The notes: generated from the letters alone by a model not told the origin. Shown: positions 14,689 through 28,450, counted from the stretch's first letter. The stretch is DNA of 64,000 nucleotides from Octopus vulgaris (GCA_951406725.2 OX597822.1:48360001-48424000); one strand, 5' to 3'. Made by a program: numbers and translations.

Positions 14689-14783
14689 AGTTGACGCCAA
14701 GGAATAGCCTCCAAAATGAAATACCCCCCCACACACACATGTATTACTTTTGTATGTGTGTGTGTGTGTATACATACATATAT

Positions 14784-15157
14784 ACAGCGTGTCCATAAAG
14801 TCTCTTTACAATTTAAAAATTTTATTACAAAGGCAGTTGACAAAATATCTTAACCAGATTTGTTTTATTGTAATAATTATTTGTTAAAGATTTTAAACTG
14901 TTATTTAATAGACCTCAATATGGCCACCATTAGTTGCGCGAAGCACATCAAGACGGTACTCGGTTTCTTGCAATGTTCGCTGTAGGATAGCCTCATCAAC
15001 GGTGACAATGGCATTATGGATCCTTTGTTTCAAGTCTTTGATACACGATATCTTTTACATAACTCCATAAAAAGAAGTCCAAGAGAGTGATATCTGGCGA
15101 ACGCAGTGGCCATGGAATTGGCCTATCCCTTCCAATCCAATGGTCTGGAAATGTTTG
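14784..15157 (-). mobile_element. Tc1/mariner superfamily transposon 3' fragment (rosa/DD41D-like C-terminus) with one TIR
   Basis: Minus strand TFPDHWIGRDRPIPWPLRSPDITLLDFFLWSYVKDIVY.../DLKQRIHNAIVTVDEAILQRTLQETEYRLDVLRATNGGHIEVY*; terminus TA|CAGCGTGTCCATAAAGTC. Confidence 0.85.
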
Positions 15158-15375
15158 ATTGAAGAACTGACGAACATGCCGTCCCCAAGGGCAAGTGTAT
15201 TAGTTTGACGCTCGGGGAAAATGGAAAAATGTTTTACGTTTCGAACCCACGTTCTTCGACAAAAAGGATTAATAGGAAATAAATAGAGAATGAAAAAAGA
15301 AAAACGTGTTGAGTTCAATGGTCCAACAGTAGTAGCAGTAGTAGCAGATGCAGAAGCAGCAGCAGCAGCAGTAGC

Positions 15376-15433
<58 letters not shown>

Positions 15434-15572
15434 CAAGGATAGCTACGACGGAAGCAACAAGAACAAATCACGGCCGGAGAAGATAAAAAAAAATAGAAAA
15501 AGAAAAAAACAGCAAACCGGTAACAACAACAACAATAACACACACACACACACACGTACATACATACATACA

Positions 15573-15604
<32 letters not shown>

Positions 15605-17903
15605 CATACATACATACATACATACATACATACATACATACATACAATGAAGCAAACATATACACACATACAAAATACTCTGGATACATCATCTGCAGTG
15701 TTCTTGGGATCCTCATCAGATTTCTCCACTCTATTGATTCAGCTATGATCGATTAAGTCATAACTTACATTCCAGCACCAACAAGCCCTGAGTCTTGTGT
15801 GCTTTCTTCATTCAAAGCCGTCAAGTAGCTTTGTTTGCAGTCTCAGTGATGGAATGTTAACCCCAACACTTGCAGTGATACCACACCCAGTCAGATCTTT
15901 GCAGAGTGACTGGCACACAAACACCCTGGCATTCCACTTCAATTGGCTCGCAGTGAACCTATCGGCGTCTTCTTTTGTGTAGCTCCAACTGTCCCTGGTA
16001 TTTAGAAAGCGTTATCTTATGAACCCATTTCTTGTGTTCCTCCCAGAACACGGTCAACGTCCACATGATTATCTGACCTGAGGAATCTGAGATCGTTATA
16101 GCTGGGCAGGGTCCTATTAGTATTCTATGCATTAACAATATCCATGGTTCTGTGAATTGGAGTACGGCATCTCTCTAGCTTTGAAAGAAAAGTAAATACC
16201 ATCCCAGGAAGGGATGGTTTTTACTGCACCGGATGGTTGCCGTGACCATCTCTACAAAACAGAATGAGATGATTTGGATAAGACGCAATGAGGCGGATCA
16301 AATCGCCGGCTGTTTTGACATGCGATTGGGCCAGGCTGCCCACAAAATGAACCTGTTCTGGCGACGATGCTTTTTGGCGATTGCAAGCAAACACGCAAAC
16401 ACATACACTCACGCTGGCAGAAATGCACACACACGAAAACAGCGAGAATGAGAGAGAAAGAGAAAGTGTTTGTGCGTGAGAGAAAGAGAGAGATTATAAT
16501 TTACTAATTGAACACAATTGACGAAATCACTTTCCATCTCCACATACACATAGAGAGAAATATGTTTACACAATAAACAGAGAGAGAGAGAGAGAGAGAG
16601 GGGGGGAGGGAGAACGAGAGAGAGAGAGAGAGAGAGAACGAGAGAGAGAGAGAGTAAGAGAAACATTAAAACATGAAAAATATTAAAATGTTGATGTCAA
16701 ATAAGTCAGCGTCGAATTAGCGACGCTAAGCTTGCAGCGCCAAAACTCTGCTACCTTGAGCATCTGGTCATGGCACCAGCGGTACCCGCAGTCCGCCAAG
16801 GTCTTTAGACACTATTGAGACTGTCATAGAGAGATCCTCTTTGGGCACGCCGAGGGAAGGGGTGGGGAGATTGACGTCTGCTCTGTGTGCGAAGTTTTCT
16901 AGGGCTTGGTGAGATATTGTGGATAACCTGTGTCAGGAATCTGATGTGACTGATGTCAGCTCACCAAAACTTCGACCCTGCAATATGTCTCTTCTGTATG
17001 TTGCCTCTCTTTGTCTAAACTCCTTGTCCGTTAAGCCCACTATCCTGCTAACCCGAAGATCCTCTACACCTGCACACACTTCTTTTTCGTGAGGTTGCTA
17101 TCACTTCTTTTCATTTGACTCCATCGGTCAGATAGCTTGGAAGGTAATCTAGGTCTCGACTCCTTAACGTCACAATACCAACAGACGCCTTCTGCTTTAA
17201 AAATTCCTGTGTCACATGAAAATCTTCTGTAGCTGTTCATTATTTCATTTTTAACTGCGTGAGTCTCGCTACGGTTAAAATTTAAAAATGGGGACTGATA
17301 AAAAGTAAAGTACCAGTTAAGTAGTGGAGTCGATGTAATCGACTTGCTCCTCCTATCAAAATTGCTGGTTTTGTACCAAAATTTGAAACAATTATTACAG
17401 ACACAGCAAAATTTGAGTGAAGTGCGGTATGAGCCAAATGATATGTGAACTGTTAATGTTGTGTTCTTTCAAGTACCATATGAGTCTTGATAATGTTGTG
17501 CTGTTTCGTTTGTTTCTTTAAATGTTCCCTCACATATTCCGATATATAATCTAACGAGTAGACACGGGAGCTCTGTAAATTAGTTATTCAGCATTACAAA
17601 AAATTGTATAAAAACCATAAATTTAAACTTTAGCAGCAGCAATTATCTCTTCTGCTTTTATTAATTCTGGCAAGATTATTCTGGTGAATGACCACTGAAT
17701 TAATTACCAGGTTACCAGGTTCTCAAGCTTATTAATGGCTTATGACGCCTATTGAGGTGGTGGTGGGGGGGAGTACCTGCTTTTTGCAACAATGTTTCTC
17801 ATGCTAGTTATGCAATGGTAGCTAACTTTTAAAATTTGCCGGTTTAGAAAATTCTAAGATCTTCGTAATGCGTAAGCATAAATAAATGAATAAATAAATA
17901 TAT

Positions 17904-18050
17904 AGGCGCAGACATAGCTGTGCGGTTAAGAAGTTCTCTTTGTAGCCGTGTGGTTTTGGGGTTAGTCCAACTGTGCGGCGACTTAGGCTAATGTCTTCTA
18001 CTATATAGCTCTGGGCCGGCCAAAAACATTGTGAGTGATTTTGGTAGACG

Positions 18051-18089
<39 letters not shown>

Positions 18090-18302
18090 TACGCGTACGC
18101 ATGCATTTGTTTGTCCCTACCACCGCTTGATAGCCGATGCTGGTTTGTTTATGTTCACGTAACTCAACGGTTCGGCAAAAGTGGTTGATCGATTAAGTAT
18201 CTGACTTTGAAATAAATACTAGGGGCAATTTGTTCAACCAAACCTTTTAGGGCGGTGCCCCGGTATGGCCACAGTTCAGTGACTGAGAAACGGAAAAGAT
18301 TA
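17904..18302 (+). mobile_element. SINE family B
   Basis: Diverged match to 26729-27150 with central (CT)n. Confidence 0.8.
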
Positions 18303-18588
18303 AAGATATTCTATGCATTTCCTTCGTTGTTCCTCGATTTAAAATACGAAATTTTCATTCCACCGAAATTTATATAAAAATGATTATCTCCCTTTCACTT
18401 ACTGGCCACCAGTGTACACAACAAATTTGAACATATATATATTAATCGAAGTGTACAGTATTATATATCCATTACGGCCAGTCTTACCAATCAGTTTTGC
18501 ACTAGAAGTTCAACAGAGGGTTAGATAACCGTCCGATTATGTAATCCCGCGTTCTTCAGAGGTAGCCGTTATGGAATAAAATATGATA

Positions 18589-18646
<58 letters not shown>

Positions 18647-19762
18647 TGTGTGTGTGTGTATATCATTAATTCATTTTAGGTTGAGGCTATGTGAAACATG
18701 TGTCATTTCGTTGGATTTTAGTTTTATTAACTTGGTCTGGTACAGGAATTGCTTTAAACTTAATATTTTCCTTCATATTCATTTCGTTATAGCACAAATA
18801 TTGCAGCAGTTGGTAACTCCATCGAAAATTCTTTGCCTGAGGAAATGTTGGAGATGCTTGTACTAATGTTGCTAACAAAGGTTATTAAGAAATGCTGGGA
18901 GGGAGTTTTGTTAATGGAAAAAAAAAATCACTCTTCGTTCGGCTCACTGATTTATTTTTAGATGACCCAGAAAACTAACTTATGTTAGTAAGTTACAGTG
19001 TTCCTTAAAAGCACTAATTAGGTCATTCCCCATTATACCAAGGATATGTCCATTTGCCCACCATGAGGGAATCTAATGACAACGGTCAAACGGCAAAAAT
19101 TGCAATATTTTGGCCAAGTGATCGGAGCTTAGATTCTTTTAACTCGTCTCCTCTGTTGTTGGGTGGGCGAAAAACGAGCTCGCAGGTGACAACCACGAAA
19201 GCGGTGCAATTATATGAAAGAGAGGACGAAGGGCGGGGTTCAGGTGGAGTGTACAACTACAGCACGTGATCGAAGTGTGGGGCGAGGTGAAATGACTGTC
19301 TGAAGTCTCCGATCCTCAGCCATGGGAGTAGGATTAGTCCCTCACTAGAGTGTTGTATCCACCACAAGGTGCAATCCTGCTTGCGCCTCAGTGATCCCGA
19401 GAGCTGTGACAGCGGGACACAAGCTCTTGGTTGGGCCTTCTATCATGGCCAAGTCAAAGGATTGAGGCCAGACTAATGTGGACCTCCTCTTCTCTGAGAT
19501 AAAAATGGGTTTGTGTAGGGCCAACACCCTACCTAGAAAAATGCAAAATTAGAGAAGCATCGATGACAATTCAAAATCAAAACACCCGGGAGAGGAGGCT
19601 TTTCCCCCAAGGAAGCAGGAAGGATGGTACAAGCAGCGTAGATGGAAAAGAATGGGTCCAACGTAAAAGAAGCAGAAAAGGTAGCCGAGAGCAGTGCAGA
19701 AAAGTTGTCAGAAGGTCAATGTTCCAGAAGGAGCGAAGGGTTTGTGTTGGTAACAGTGTCAT

Positions 19763-19978
19763 GGCGGCGAGCTGGCAGAATCGTTAGCACGCCGGGCGAA
19801 ATTCTTAACGGATTTTTGTCTGTCTTTACGTTCTGAGTTCAAATTCCGCCGAGGTCGACTTTGCCTTTCATCCTTTCAGGGTCGATAAATCAAGTACCAG
19901 TTACATACTGAGGTTGATCTAATCGACTGGCTCCCTCCCCAAAATCTCGGGTCTTGTGCCTAGAATAGAAAAGAAAAG
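19763..19978 (+). mobile_element. SINE family A (tRNA-derived head, Meta/MESC-like central domain)
   Basis: GGCGGCGAGCTGGCAGAATCGTTAGC...GAGTTCAAATTCC (B box)...GCCTTTCATCCTTTCAGGGTCGATAAATCAAGTACC; flanked by ACAGTGTC(C)AT duplication; >15 copies in window. Confidence 0.9.
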
Positions 19979-20131
19979 GACAGTGTCCATGTTTGTTTAT
20001 GTTGGTAACAATGTGAAAGCTAGACTTAAACTCATCTAAGGGGTTCTCAACCACTTTTTACTCATGGATCTTTTTGGTTCCTATTTTACTTGGGTGGACC
20101 CTCATAGCCATTCGATGTTTAAAAATGAAAA

Positions 20132-20672
20132 CGGTGAGCTGGCAGAATTGTTAGCACCATGGGCAAAATGCTTTACGTTCTGAGTTCAAATTATGCTGAG
20201 GTCGACTTTGCCTTTCATCCTTTCAGAGTCGGTAAAATAAGTAGCAGTTGGACATTAGGGTCGAATGTAACCGATAAACCCCCTCCCCCAAATTTCGGGC
20301 CCTGTGTTTATAATAGAAAGGATTATATTTTTATCGTTTATTATTATGAATGATTGAGGGCGGCGAGCTGGTAGAATTGTTAGCACGCTGAACGGAATGC
20401 TTAATGTTATTTCGCGCGTCGCTACGTTCTGAGTTCGAATATCGCCGAGGTCGACTTTGCCTTTCATCCTTTCGGAGTCGATAAATTAAGTACCAGTTGC
20501 GTACTGGGGTCGATGTAATCGACTTGTACCCTCCCCACTAATCTGAGGCCTTGTACCTCCAGTAGAAAGGGTTATTTTTATTATATATAAGGCGGCGAGC
20601 TGGCAGAATCGTTAGCACGTTGGACGAAATGCTTAGCGGTATTTCGCCCGTCGTTACGTTCTGAGTTCAAAT
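20132..20672 (+). mobile_element. Three tandem SINE family A copies (20132-20325, 20359-20575, 20591-20672)
   Basis: Repeated GAGCTGG(C/T)AGAAT(T/C)GTTAGCAC heads. Confidence 0.9.
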
Positions 20673-20728
20673 TTTATTATGAACTGTATAAAATAAGTGT
20701 TAAGATATTTTATGCATTGTAAATAGTA

Positions 20729-20973
20729 CAGAGTGTTCAAAAAGTCTCTCCGCAGTGAACTTTTTTTCATCCTGACTCTCGAACAGTCAGACTCAAAACA
20801 AGTGCAGAAGAGTAAATTTATATATTGAAAATGAAGGACGAGACTTTCAACACCTCTTATAATGTTTTTTTTAAAAGTAAAGTCTAATATATTCTTTTGT
20901 AGTCTTATACCATCTCATAAATATATATTTTGCAATAAAATACTTACTGCAGAGAGACTTTTTGAACACCCTA
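20729..20973. mobile_element. Tc1/mariner-type MITE
   Basis: ~28-bp TIRs CAGAGTGTTCAAAAAGTCTCTCCGCAGT / ACTGCAGAGAGACTTTTTGAACACCCTA, TA on both sides. Confidence 0.85.
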
Positions 20974-21338
20974 TATAGCAAATTTCTTGTCGATAAATTT
21001 TAGCAGCGAATCTGAAATGGCCTCCCAAGGCCCGTATGGACCCCGGTTGGGAGCCACTGACCTAGGATGAAAAAGTCTAACCAGGACACAAGTCCCAACC
21101 TCTAGTTAATCATGGCGGTAGGGGAATCATTAGTGCGTTTGGCCCCCACCGCGTTCCCAGCTTCAAAGTAATGCCTTCCTGGCATGCATAAGTCTGCGAC
21201 AGTGTACGGTTTCATTTATTACATATAACGACTTAATCATAGCTTATTAATAAAACTTAATATATATTTTATTAATATGCATACACATATATAAAATATG
21301 TGTATATACATACATACATACATACATACATACATACA

Positions 21339-21369
<31 letters not shown>

Positions 21370-21469
21370 GTGTGTGGTTTGTATGTATGTTTATATATAT
21401 ATTGTTTCAACACGTTTTTACATCAAGAACCTTGCAGAACAAATATTTCAAAGGTGTGTATATATATAT

Positions 21470-21585
<116 letters not shown>

Positions 21586-21691
21586 ATATATATATGTATG
21601 TGCAAGCATATATATATATATATGTACATACATATATATCTGCACATGTGTATATTTGTACACATTCACACATCCACATTATAATTATATA

Positions 21692-21738
<47 letters not shown>

Positions 21739-22082
21739 GTATATGCACATATGTATATTCGTACACATTCATACCCACCCACATTATATATTTATACACA
21801 CACACATAGGCCCTAAACACCTACGTTTCATATCCATAAGACCTCTCCTCCCAACTACCTCTGCTCGACCTCCCCTCGGCCTTCCCCCTTCCACTCCCCA
21901 CATATCAGTCAGCTGGAATTAGTGTCATTTATGTCGACGGATTATAATGCAGGAACAGCTCTTGTATAAAATAATTAAAGAAATATATCTTGAACACACA
22001 AGAATTTCAGCGTTTACACACATACACACACATATATAAATATATATATATATAACTCGCACACCTGCACCCACGCAAACAC

Positions 22083-22113
<31 letters not shown>

Positions 22114-22544
22114 ATTATATAAACACCACTCAGTATATGTATGTGTGTGTGTGTGGACACACATATTGCCATATTTTACCAATCCCGTTCACGGTTCACT
22201 TATTTAAATGGATATTTTAAACAAGCTTAGAAGCCTAAATGGCTTTGCCAGACTACTGTAATTAGCTTTAAAATATAGAGTGATTTCTAAAGTAGGCACA
22301 ATGCCACGAATTTGGCGGGCTTCGGTTTTGGGCTAGGGTGGTGGTGGCGGTGACTGGATAGAGAAAAGAGGTGGGCAGTTGAGACGGTAACAGTAACACC
22401 CCAGTGTTTGACTGGCTGGTCCGTAGGCTTCTTGTAAACAGCGAGAAATCAGTTAAAGTTACTCAAAGACCACGTTAGTGGCGTTAAGCAAGGTGACGTG
22501 CTAAGGCTGCCGTTAAACAAATATTTGGCCGAGTGTATATTTTG

Positions 22545-22922
22545 TTTTTTATTTGTTTCAGTCATTAGACTGCAGCCATGCTGGGACAACGCCTTGAAGG
22601 ATTTGGGATCGAATGAGTCAACTCCAGGACTTCTTTCTTTTTTCTTTATAAATCTTGGTACTTATTCTGAAGCTCCCTTTTGTTGAACAGCTTAGTTACG
22701 GGGGCGTAAACACTAAGTTCCTTCGTCAAGCAGAGTAGTAAGGGACAAACACAGACAGAAACAAAGACACACACACACACACACTTATATATTTGATGAG
22801 ATTCTTTCAGTTTCCGCTTCCCAAACCCACTCACATAAATCCACATCGGTGCACCCGAGGTTATAGTAGAGGACACTTGCCCAGGGTGCTACACGATGGA
22901 ACTGAACCAGGAACTATGTGGC
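22545..22922 (-). mobile_element. SINE family B
   Basis: Reverse match to 26729-27150. Confidence 0.8.
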
Positions 22923-23198
22923 GGAGGGGCTGGGTTGAGCTCTTTGCTGCTGTAGGTTCCGAGAGGCGTTCGTCGAGTTGTGCGGTTCGCTTCTTGGACG
23001 GCGAGCCTGTCCTGTTTTATTGTCTATACAGCTTTATGCAAACCCCTATCGGCCTTTCCCTTTGTATTGTCCTGAAGGTCTTTTACGGTCCATGTAGCTA
23101 ATTTTAAAAAAGGTATTATCATTTGAGGAAGATTTGGTTGTTAATTCTAGCGTCTTTGCTAAATAATTTGAACACGTGATTCCATCACAACTGCCATC

Positions 23199-23379
23199 TA
23201 GTAGCGTAGCTACAGTGGTGCCGCCAGAGAACAGCCCTTGAAATTGGCACCGTCTGCCCCTCCTATATAGGTTTATGCAGCAGATCCAAAAGTGCCGCCG
23301 CCTAAAAAAAACCCCGCCCGAAGTGGGCCGCCACCACTCTCTCTCTCCGTACCCCACCTTCCGTCAAGCTACGCTACTG
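23199..23379. mobile_element. Short hAT-type MITE
   Basis: TIRs TAGTAGCGTAGCT / AGCTACGCTACTG, GC-rich subterminal GCCGCC motifs. Confidence 0.65.
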
Positions 23380-23450
23380 TTACCACCCCACCCCACCCAT
23401 CCCACCACACCTTCTGCAATTATATGGGAATTCTGCTCCATATCACAGTA

Positions 23451-23494
<44 letters not shown>

Positions 23495-24289
23495 TTTTCT
23501 TCTTCGATAACTAAATTTTTTCCAGTCTTGTGGATTCTTAAAAGGCTGTTGGTCTTTTATTTTTTGCTTCCCTGCCCTCCTCCGCATCACACTATGCTCC
23601 CCCACCTCATCACCCCTCGTTTGCTTCCTTAGAACACGTCCTGTTCCATGAGCCAGCCAAGAATCCTCTACGTGGTCGCTAGAACCTGCTAGACATAGCA
23701 GCTATGTCGCTATTAAATTACAAACATCCTGATGTCTTTATACGATGTAGTCTTTAGATTAACAAAAGAAAATAAAAAATGAAGAGTTGGTCATGGTTGG
23801 CACACATTTGATCAAAGATTTATAGAATCAGATCTGGGTTTGACCTGGGGCTAAACTACAGCAAAGCGATAGAAGGAGAGAGGAAAGAGAGGGAAGAGAA
23901 CAAGAGGAGAAGAAAGGAAGGAAAGAAGGAAGGAAGAAAGAAAGAGAAGGAAAGAGAGCGAGAGAAAGAGAGAGGGAGAGTGAGTGGGGTGGGTAGCGGT
24001 GTTGGTCTCCTTCTTCAGTTACGAAAACAACAACCGTGTGTCTAATATCGCAGAACAACGCCTTCTGTGATATCTTGCAATTTCTTGTCTTTCTTATCAA
24101 CCAAACTCTTCCCGCTATTTTCGGTTTTGTCTGTCCGACTGTCTAATCAGTCTGTCTGTCAGTCAGTTTGCCTGCCTGTCTAATATCTTCCCCCCCTCTC
24201 TCTCTCTCTATCCCTTTTCCTCCTTATCTTTTATTCTGTTATTCTCCCCCGTTCAACTCCATTTCATAGTACTTACATCTGTATATCGC

Positions 24290-24470
24290 TAAATACGAAA
24301 GCATTTCGTCCGTCTTTACATTCTGAGTTCAAATTCCGGCAAGGTCGTCATTGCCATTTATCCTTTCGGGGTCGATAAAAGAAGTGCGAACTGCGCACTG
24401 GGGTCGATGTAATCGATTTACCCACTTTCCCTCGAACTTGCTGGCCTTGTGCCAAAATTTGAAACCAATA
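24290..24470 (+). mobile_element. SINE family A, partial
   Basis: TTCTGAGTTCAAATTCC...ATCCTTTCGGGGTCGATAAA. Confidence 0.8.
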
Positions 24471-25301
24471 TACGAAGACATCGACGGCATCTCTGCGTCA
24501 GCCACAGCCAGCCTGGGTAACTTCAGAGTGGCACGCCTAACTAAAAAAATAACCTTGAATTTTTTTTAGTTGTGTGGGCCACTTGATGATGAGCCATGTC
24601 TCATGCGGCCCGCTTCTCGAGAAAGATCGCCCCTGCCTGCTCTATGCGGTCGAAAAACGTGTTTGAAATAGTAGTCAGATATTCCTCAAACACTCAAACA
24701 CTCTGCGGTCTTCAAAAACAAAAAAAAAAAGAAACAAAAGAAGAAAGAATAAACATTTGATAATGGAATTTTCAAATCCCACTTAACATTAGATGTTTTG
24801 TTAGAACACCGAATACTGCGTTATTAGCCTTGAGAGATCCTCTCATCCAGACGCTTGGTGCATAAATGGATATGAAGGTTACCTTTTGGTAATTAATTAT
24901 TAGCGACTGATCTCACAAGAGATAGTGCATTCTGGGTAATTGCACATTGTTGGTGGTAGCCGAATCTTCGATTGATCGCCGACCCATGATATCACAGATC
25001 AATCTGTGATAAGTGTAACGTGGTTTACAATTGAGCATATCGTGTTACCTTGGATCAGTAATAAATCGCTCAATTCTTAGATAATGTAGTTCCAGGTATG
25101 CTGCATTCATAAAAAAAAGCGAACTCGTCAATACTAGTATTTCGCATTGCTCCCAGCTCGTTCAATTGAAATGAAAACCAACCAAATACCAGTGGAATCT
25201 TCTCTCTCGCTTACTGTGATATAATGAATTTTCTGCTGGATCAAGTGGGAGAACGGGTCGAAACTGCATAGGTACATAAATCAGGCAGCGGAAGCATGGC
25301 A

Positions 25302-25625
25302 CTATCTCTTCAGACGGCGACTTGCCCGGAGCAAAGCAACTCTTCCACACCAGATATTCCTATCTTCCATAGCAGTTTTCGTATCCTCAACTCGATATCC
25401 AGTGTCTTCCACAAGTTGATCGATATCTGCTTTCTTTGGTCTGCCGACACCTGTACGTCCATGCGTGGGTTTCCAGAAATGGAAATCATTGAATGTCTCA
25501 TTCTTAATTCTCCCGCAGTGTATTGGATAACCTGTTCTTCTTTCTTTGTTTACAGGAAGACTGTCATACAGCCATTGCTTTGTAAGGTGTTGCTGCCCAA
25601 AACGATTGAGAACTGCAAGGTAAGG
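25302..25625 (-). pseudogene. RTE-clade LINE ORF2 C-terminal fragment
   Basis: LAVLNRFGQQHLTKQWLYDSLP...HC.R...WKPTHGRTGVGRPKKADIDQLVEDTG...AMEDRNIW resembles the RTE C-terminus (GRP..., DR..W). Confidence 0.8.
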
Positions 25626-25936
25626 CAAGATAAGGCCCCATAAAACTTTACTTAAGAGTAAGTAAGTAAATGGAAGAATTAATAGATTCATCGGCAGCAA
25701 ACTCGCGGCTTGCAACATTTAAGCTTCCACCGTTTTAGTGATCACCTCTGCATTTTCTTGTAGAGAAAACACTCGCTCGTGTCCTTATTAGGATCAGAAT
25801 CCTACGTACTTTTTCTGTTCATTAGTCTCATGTTGACTGGGTACTTGTACATAAACCAGTAAAAAAATACGTAGCCTCGTATAGCACGGCCAGGTAAACA
25901 CAAGAGATAATGCATTCTGGGTAATTGCGCATTATT

Positions 25937-26315
25937 GGCGAGCTGGCAGAAACGTTAGCACGCCGGGCGAAATGCCTAGCGGTATTTCGTCTGCCGTTAC
26001 ATTCTGAGTTCAAATTCCGCCGAGGTCGACTTTGCCTTTCATCCTTTCGGGATCGATTAAATAAGTACCAGTTACGCACTGGGCTCGATATAATCGACTT
26101 AATCCGTTTGTCTGTCCTTGTTTGTCCTCTCTGTGTTTAGCCCCTTGTGGGTAGTAAAGAAATAGGTATTTCGTCTGAGTTCAAATTCCCCCGAGGTCGA
26201 CTTTGCCTTTCATCCTTTCGGGGTCGATAAATTAAGTACCAGTTGCGTACTGGGGTTGATCTAATCGATTGGCCCCCTCCCCAAAAATTTCGGGCCTTGT
26301 GCCTAGAGTAGAAAA
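25937..26315 (+). mobile_element. SINE family A copy plus a 5'-truncated second copy
   Basis: Near-consensus match; second body starts ~26173. Confidence 0.9.
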
Positions 26316-26728
26316 TAAATCTTCGCAGAATCTTCGATTGATCGCTGACCTGTGCTATCACAAATCAATCTGTGATGAGTGTAACGTGGTTTACAATTGA
26401 GCGTACTGTGTTACCCTGGATCAGTAATAAATAAATCAGTGATAAGTAAAGATAGATGTAGTGTGAAAAATACAGGAAAAACGATAAAAAAAGATGCTGT
26501 AACAAAACAGTTAAAAAAAGGAGAAACAGTGACGGTATGGAGGCTGGGTTAATCTGATGAATAAACAAATGATGTTGATAATAATGATTGGCACCCTACA
26601 GCATGAAACGAAGAAGATTAAGTAACGAAGCAGTGTAACTGATATAGTTACAGAAGTTAATGAGATTATTAGTCATAAAATCAAGGAAAGTATACAGTGT
26701 AGATAACACACACACACACACACACATG

Positions 26729-27150
<422 letters not shown>

Positions 27151-28009
27151 CTCGACTAAAGACGGTGCTCCAGCATGGCTGCAGTCAAATGACTGAAACA
27201 AATAAAAAGATGTATATATACATATGTGTGTGTGTGTGTGTATGTGTGTGTGTGTATGTGGGTGTATTCATCATATATTAAGCACAGTATTTAAATTCGA
27301 TTGACTGTACGTGGATAAGATGAAAGTAAACAAAGTTACCTAGCTATGTCTGGCATCGTAAAGGATGTCAAATATCGTAAAGGGATCCATGCCTTGTGTT
27401 AATCGATGAAGAAGGTGCAGGCTTTGCGTAGCCGAAATTTCTAGATATAAAAACTCGCATTTATTAGATTCCTATTCCAGATCCGAAACTTTTATTAAAT
27501 GTAAACATATGGACAAATTTCTGTTCTTGAATTGGAGGAAACCGTTCTCTGCAGATTAGGCAGGCAATTTCACAGACAATGACCCCTCTCCGTTGAATTA
27601 ATCTACACCAATCATATTAATTCTGATTCCAACAGACAAAAGGATGCAACTCTTAATTTTATTGTTTTTCTTTTTCCAGATTCCACTTTATGTTTTTTCT
27701 GATTACACTTTTCCACTTTATCTTCCTCTCGTCCTTTTTCGTGATTCTTCAAAGCTCAGCGTCCTTTCTCGATTGTTTTTTTTTTTAAAAAAAAGAGATC
27801 AACCTTGCTGTACGAGCCAGAAAGATTGCGTGGATACACAAGGTATGATATATAAGTCTGCCAATTTATTACGTTTTCAAAGCATGAAACTAATAGTAGC
27901 TTCAATTTAAAAGCTGTTTACATTAAATATTTACCTCTTCACCGGAAGGGGTATTTTTTATTGAGTCCCACCAATAAGGGAACAGTAAATTGTACGGGTT
28001 TATTCTTTT

Positions 28010-28220
28010 ATACTTTAATTTATTTCAGTCATTTCACTGCAATCATGCTGGAGCACAGCCTTTAGTTGAACAATTCGACCCCAGGGCTTATTCTTTGTAA
28101 CCCTAGCACTTATTCTATCGTTCGCTTTTTCCGAACCGCTAAGTTACATGGACATAAACACACCAACATCGGCTGTCAAGCGATGGTGAGGAGACATATA
28201 CAGACACACAAATACATACA

Positions 28221-28254
<34 letters not shown>

Positions 28255-28266
28255 CATTCATACATT

Positions 28267-28300
<34 letters not shown>

Positions 28301-28450
28301 CACGACGGGATTCTTTCAGTTTCCGTCAGAAGGCTTTGTTCAGCCTGAGGTTAAAGTAGAAGACACTTGTCCAAGGTACCACGCAATGCGACTGAACTCG
28401 GAAACATGTGGTTGGGAAGTAAGCTTCTTACCACACAGTCACTCCTGCGC
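28010..28450 (-). mobile_element. SINE family B
   Basis: Reverse match to 26729-27150. Confidence 0.85.

Larger units (their letters stand above)
20039..21059. mobile_element. hAT-Charlie-type MITE carrying nested SINEs and a mariner MITE
   Basis: Ends AGGGGTTCTCAACC / GGTTGGGAGCCACTG with GGACCC subterminal motifs. Confidence 0.6.

Noticed and set aside
15680-17170. Possible RTE LINE remnants (15680-16220 and 16760-17170; similarly 12210-12570 and 51450-51830)
   Set aside because: Only faint motif resemblance (e.g. CWNV); cannot be supported without a search
22925-23100. Minus-strand MDRKRPSGQYKGK resembling a hAT transposase N-terminus
   Set aside because: Too short and terminates immediately; not supportable
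27405-27455. ATGAAGA...GGCT/AGCC-GAAA hammerhead-like remnant
   Set aside because: Core altered, long unpaired insert and no stem I; too eroded
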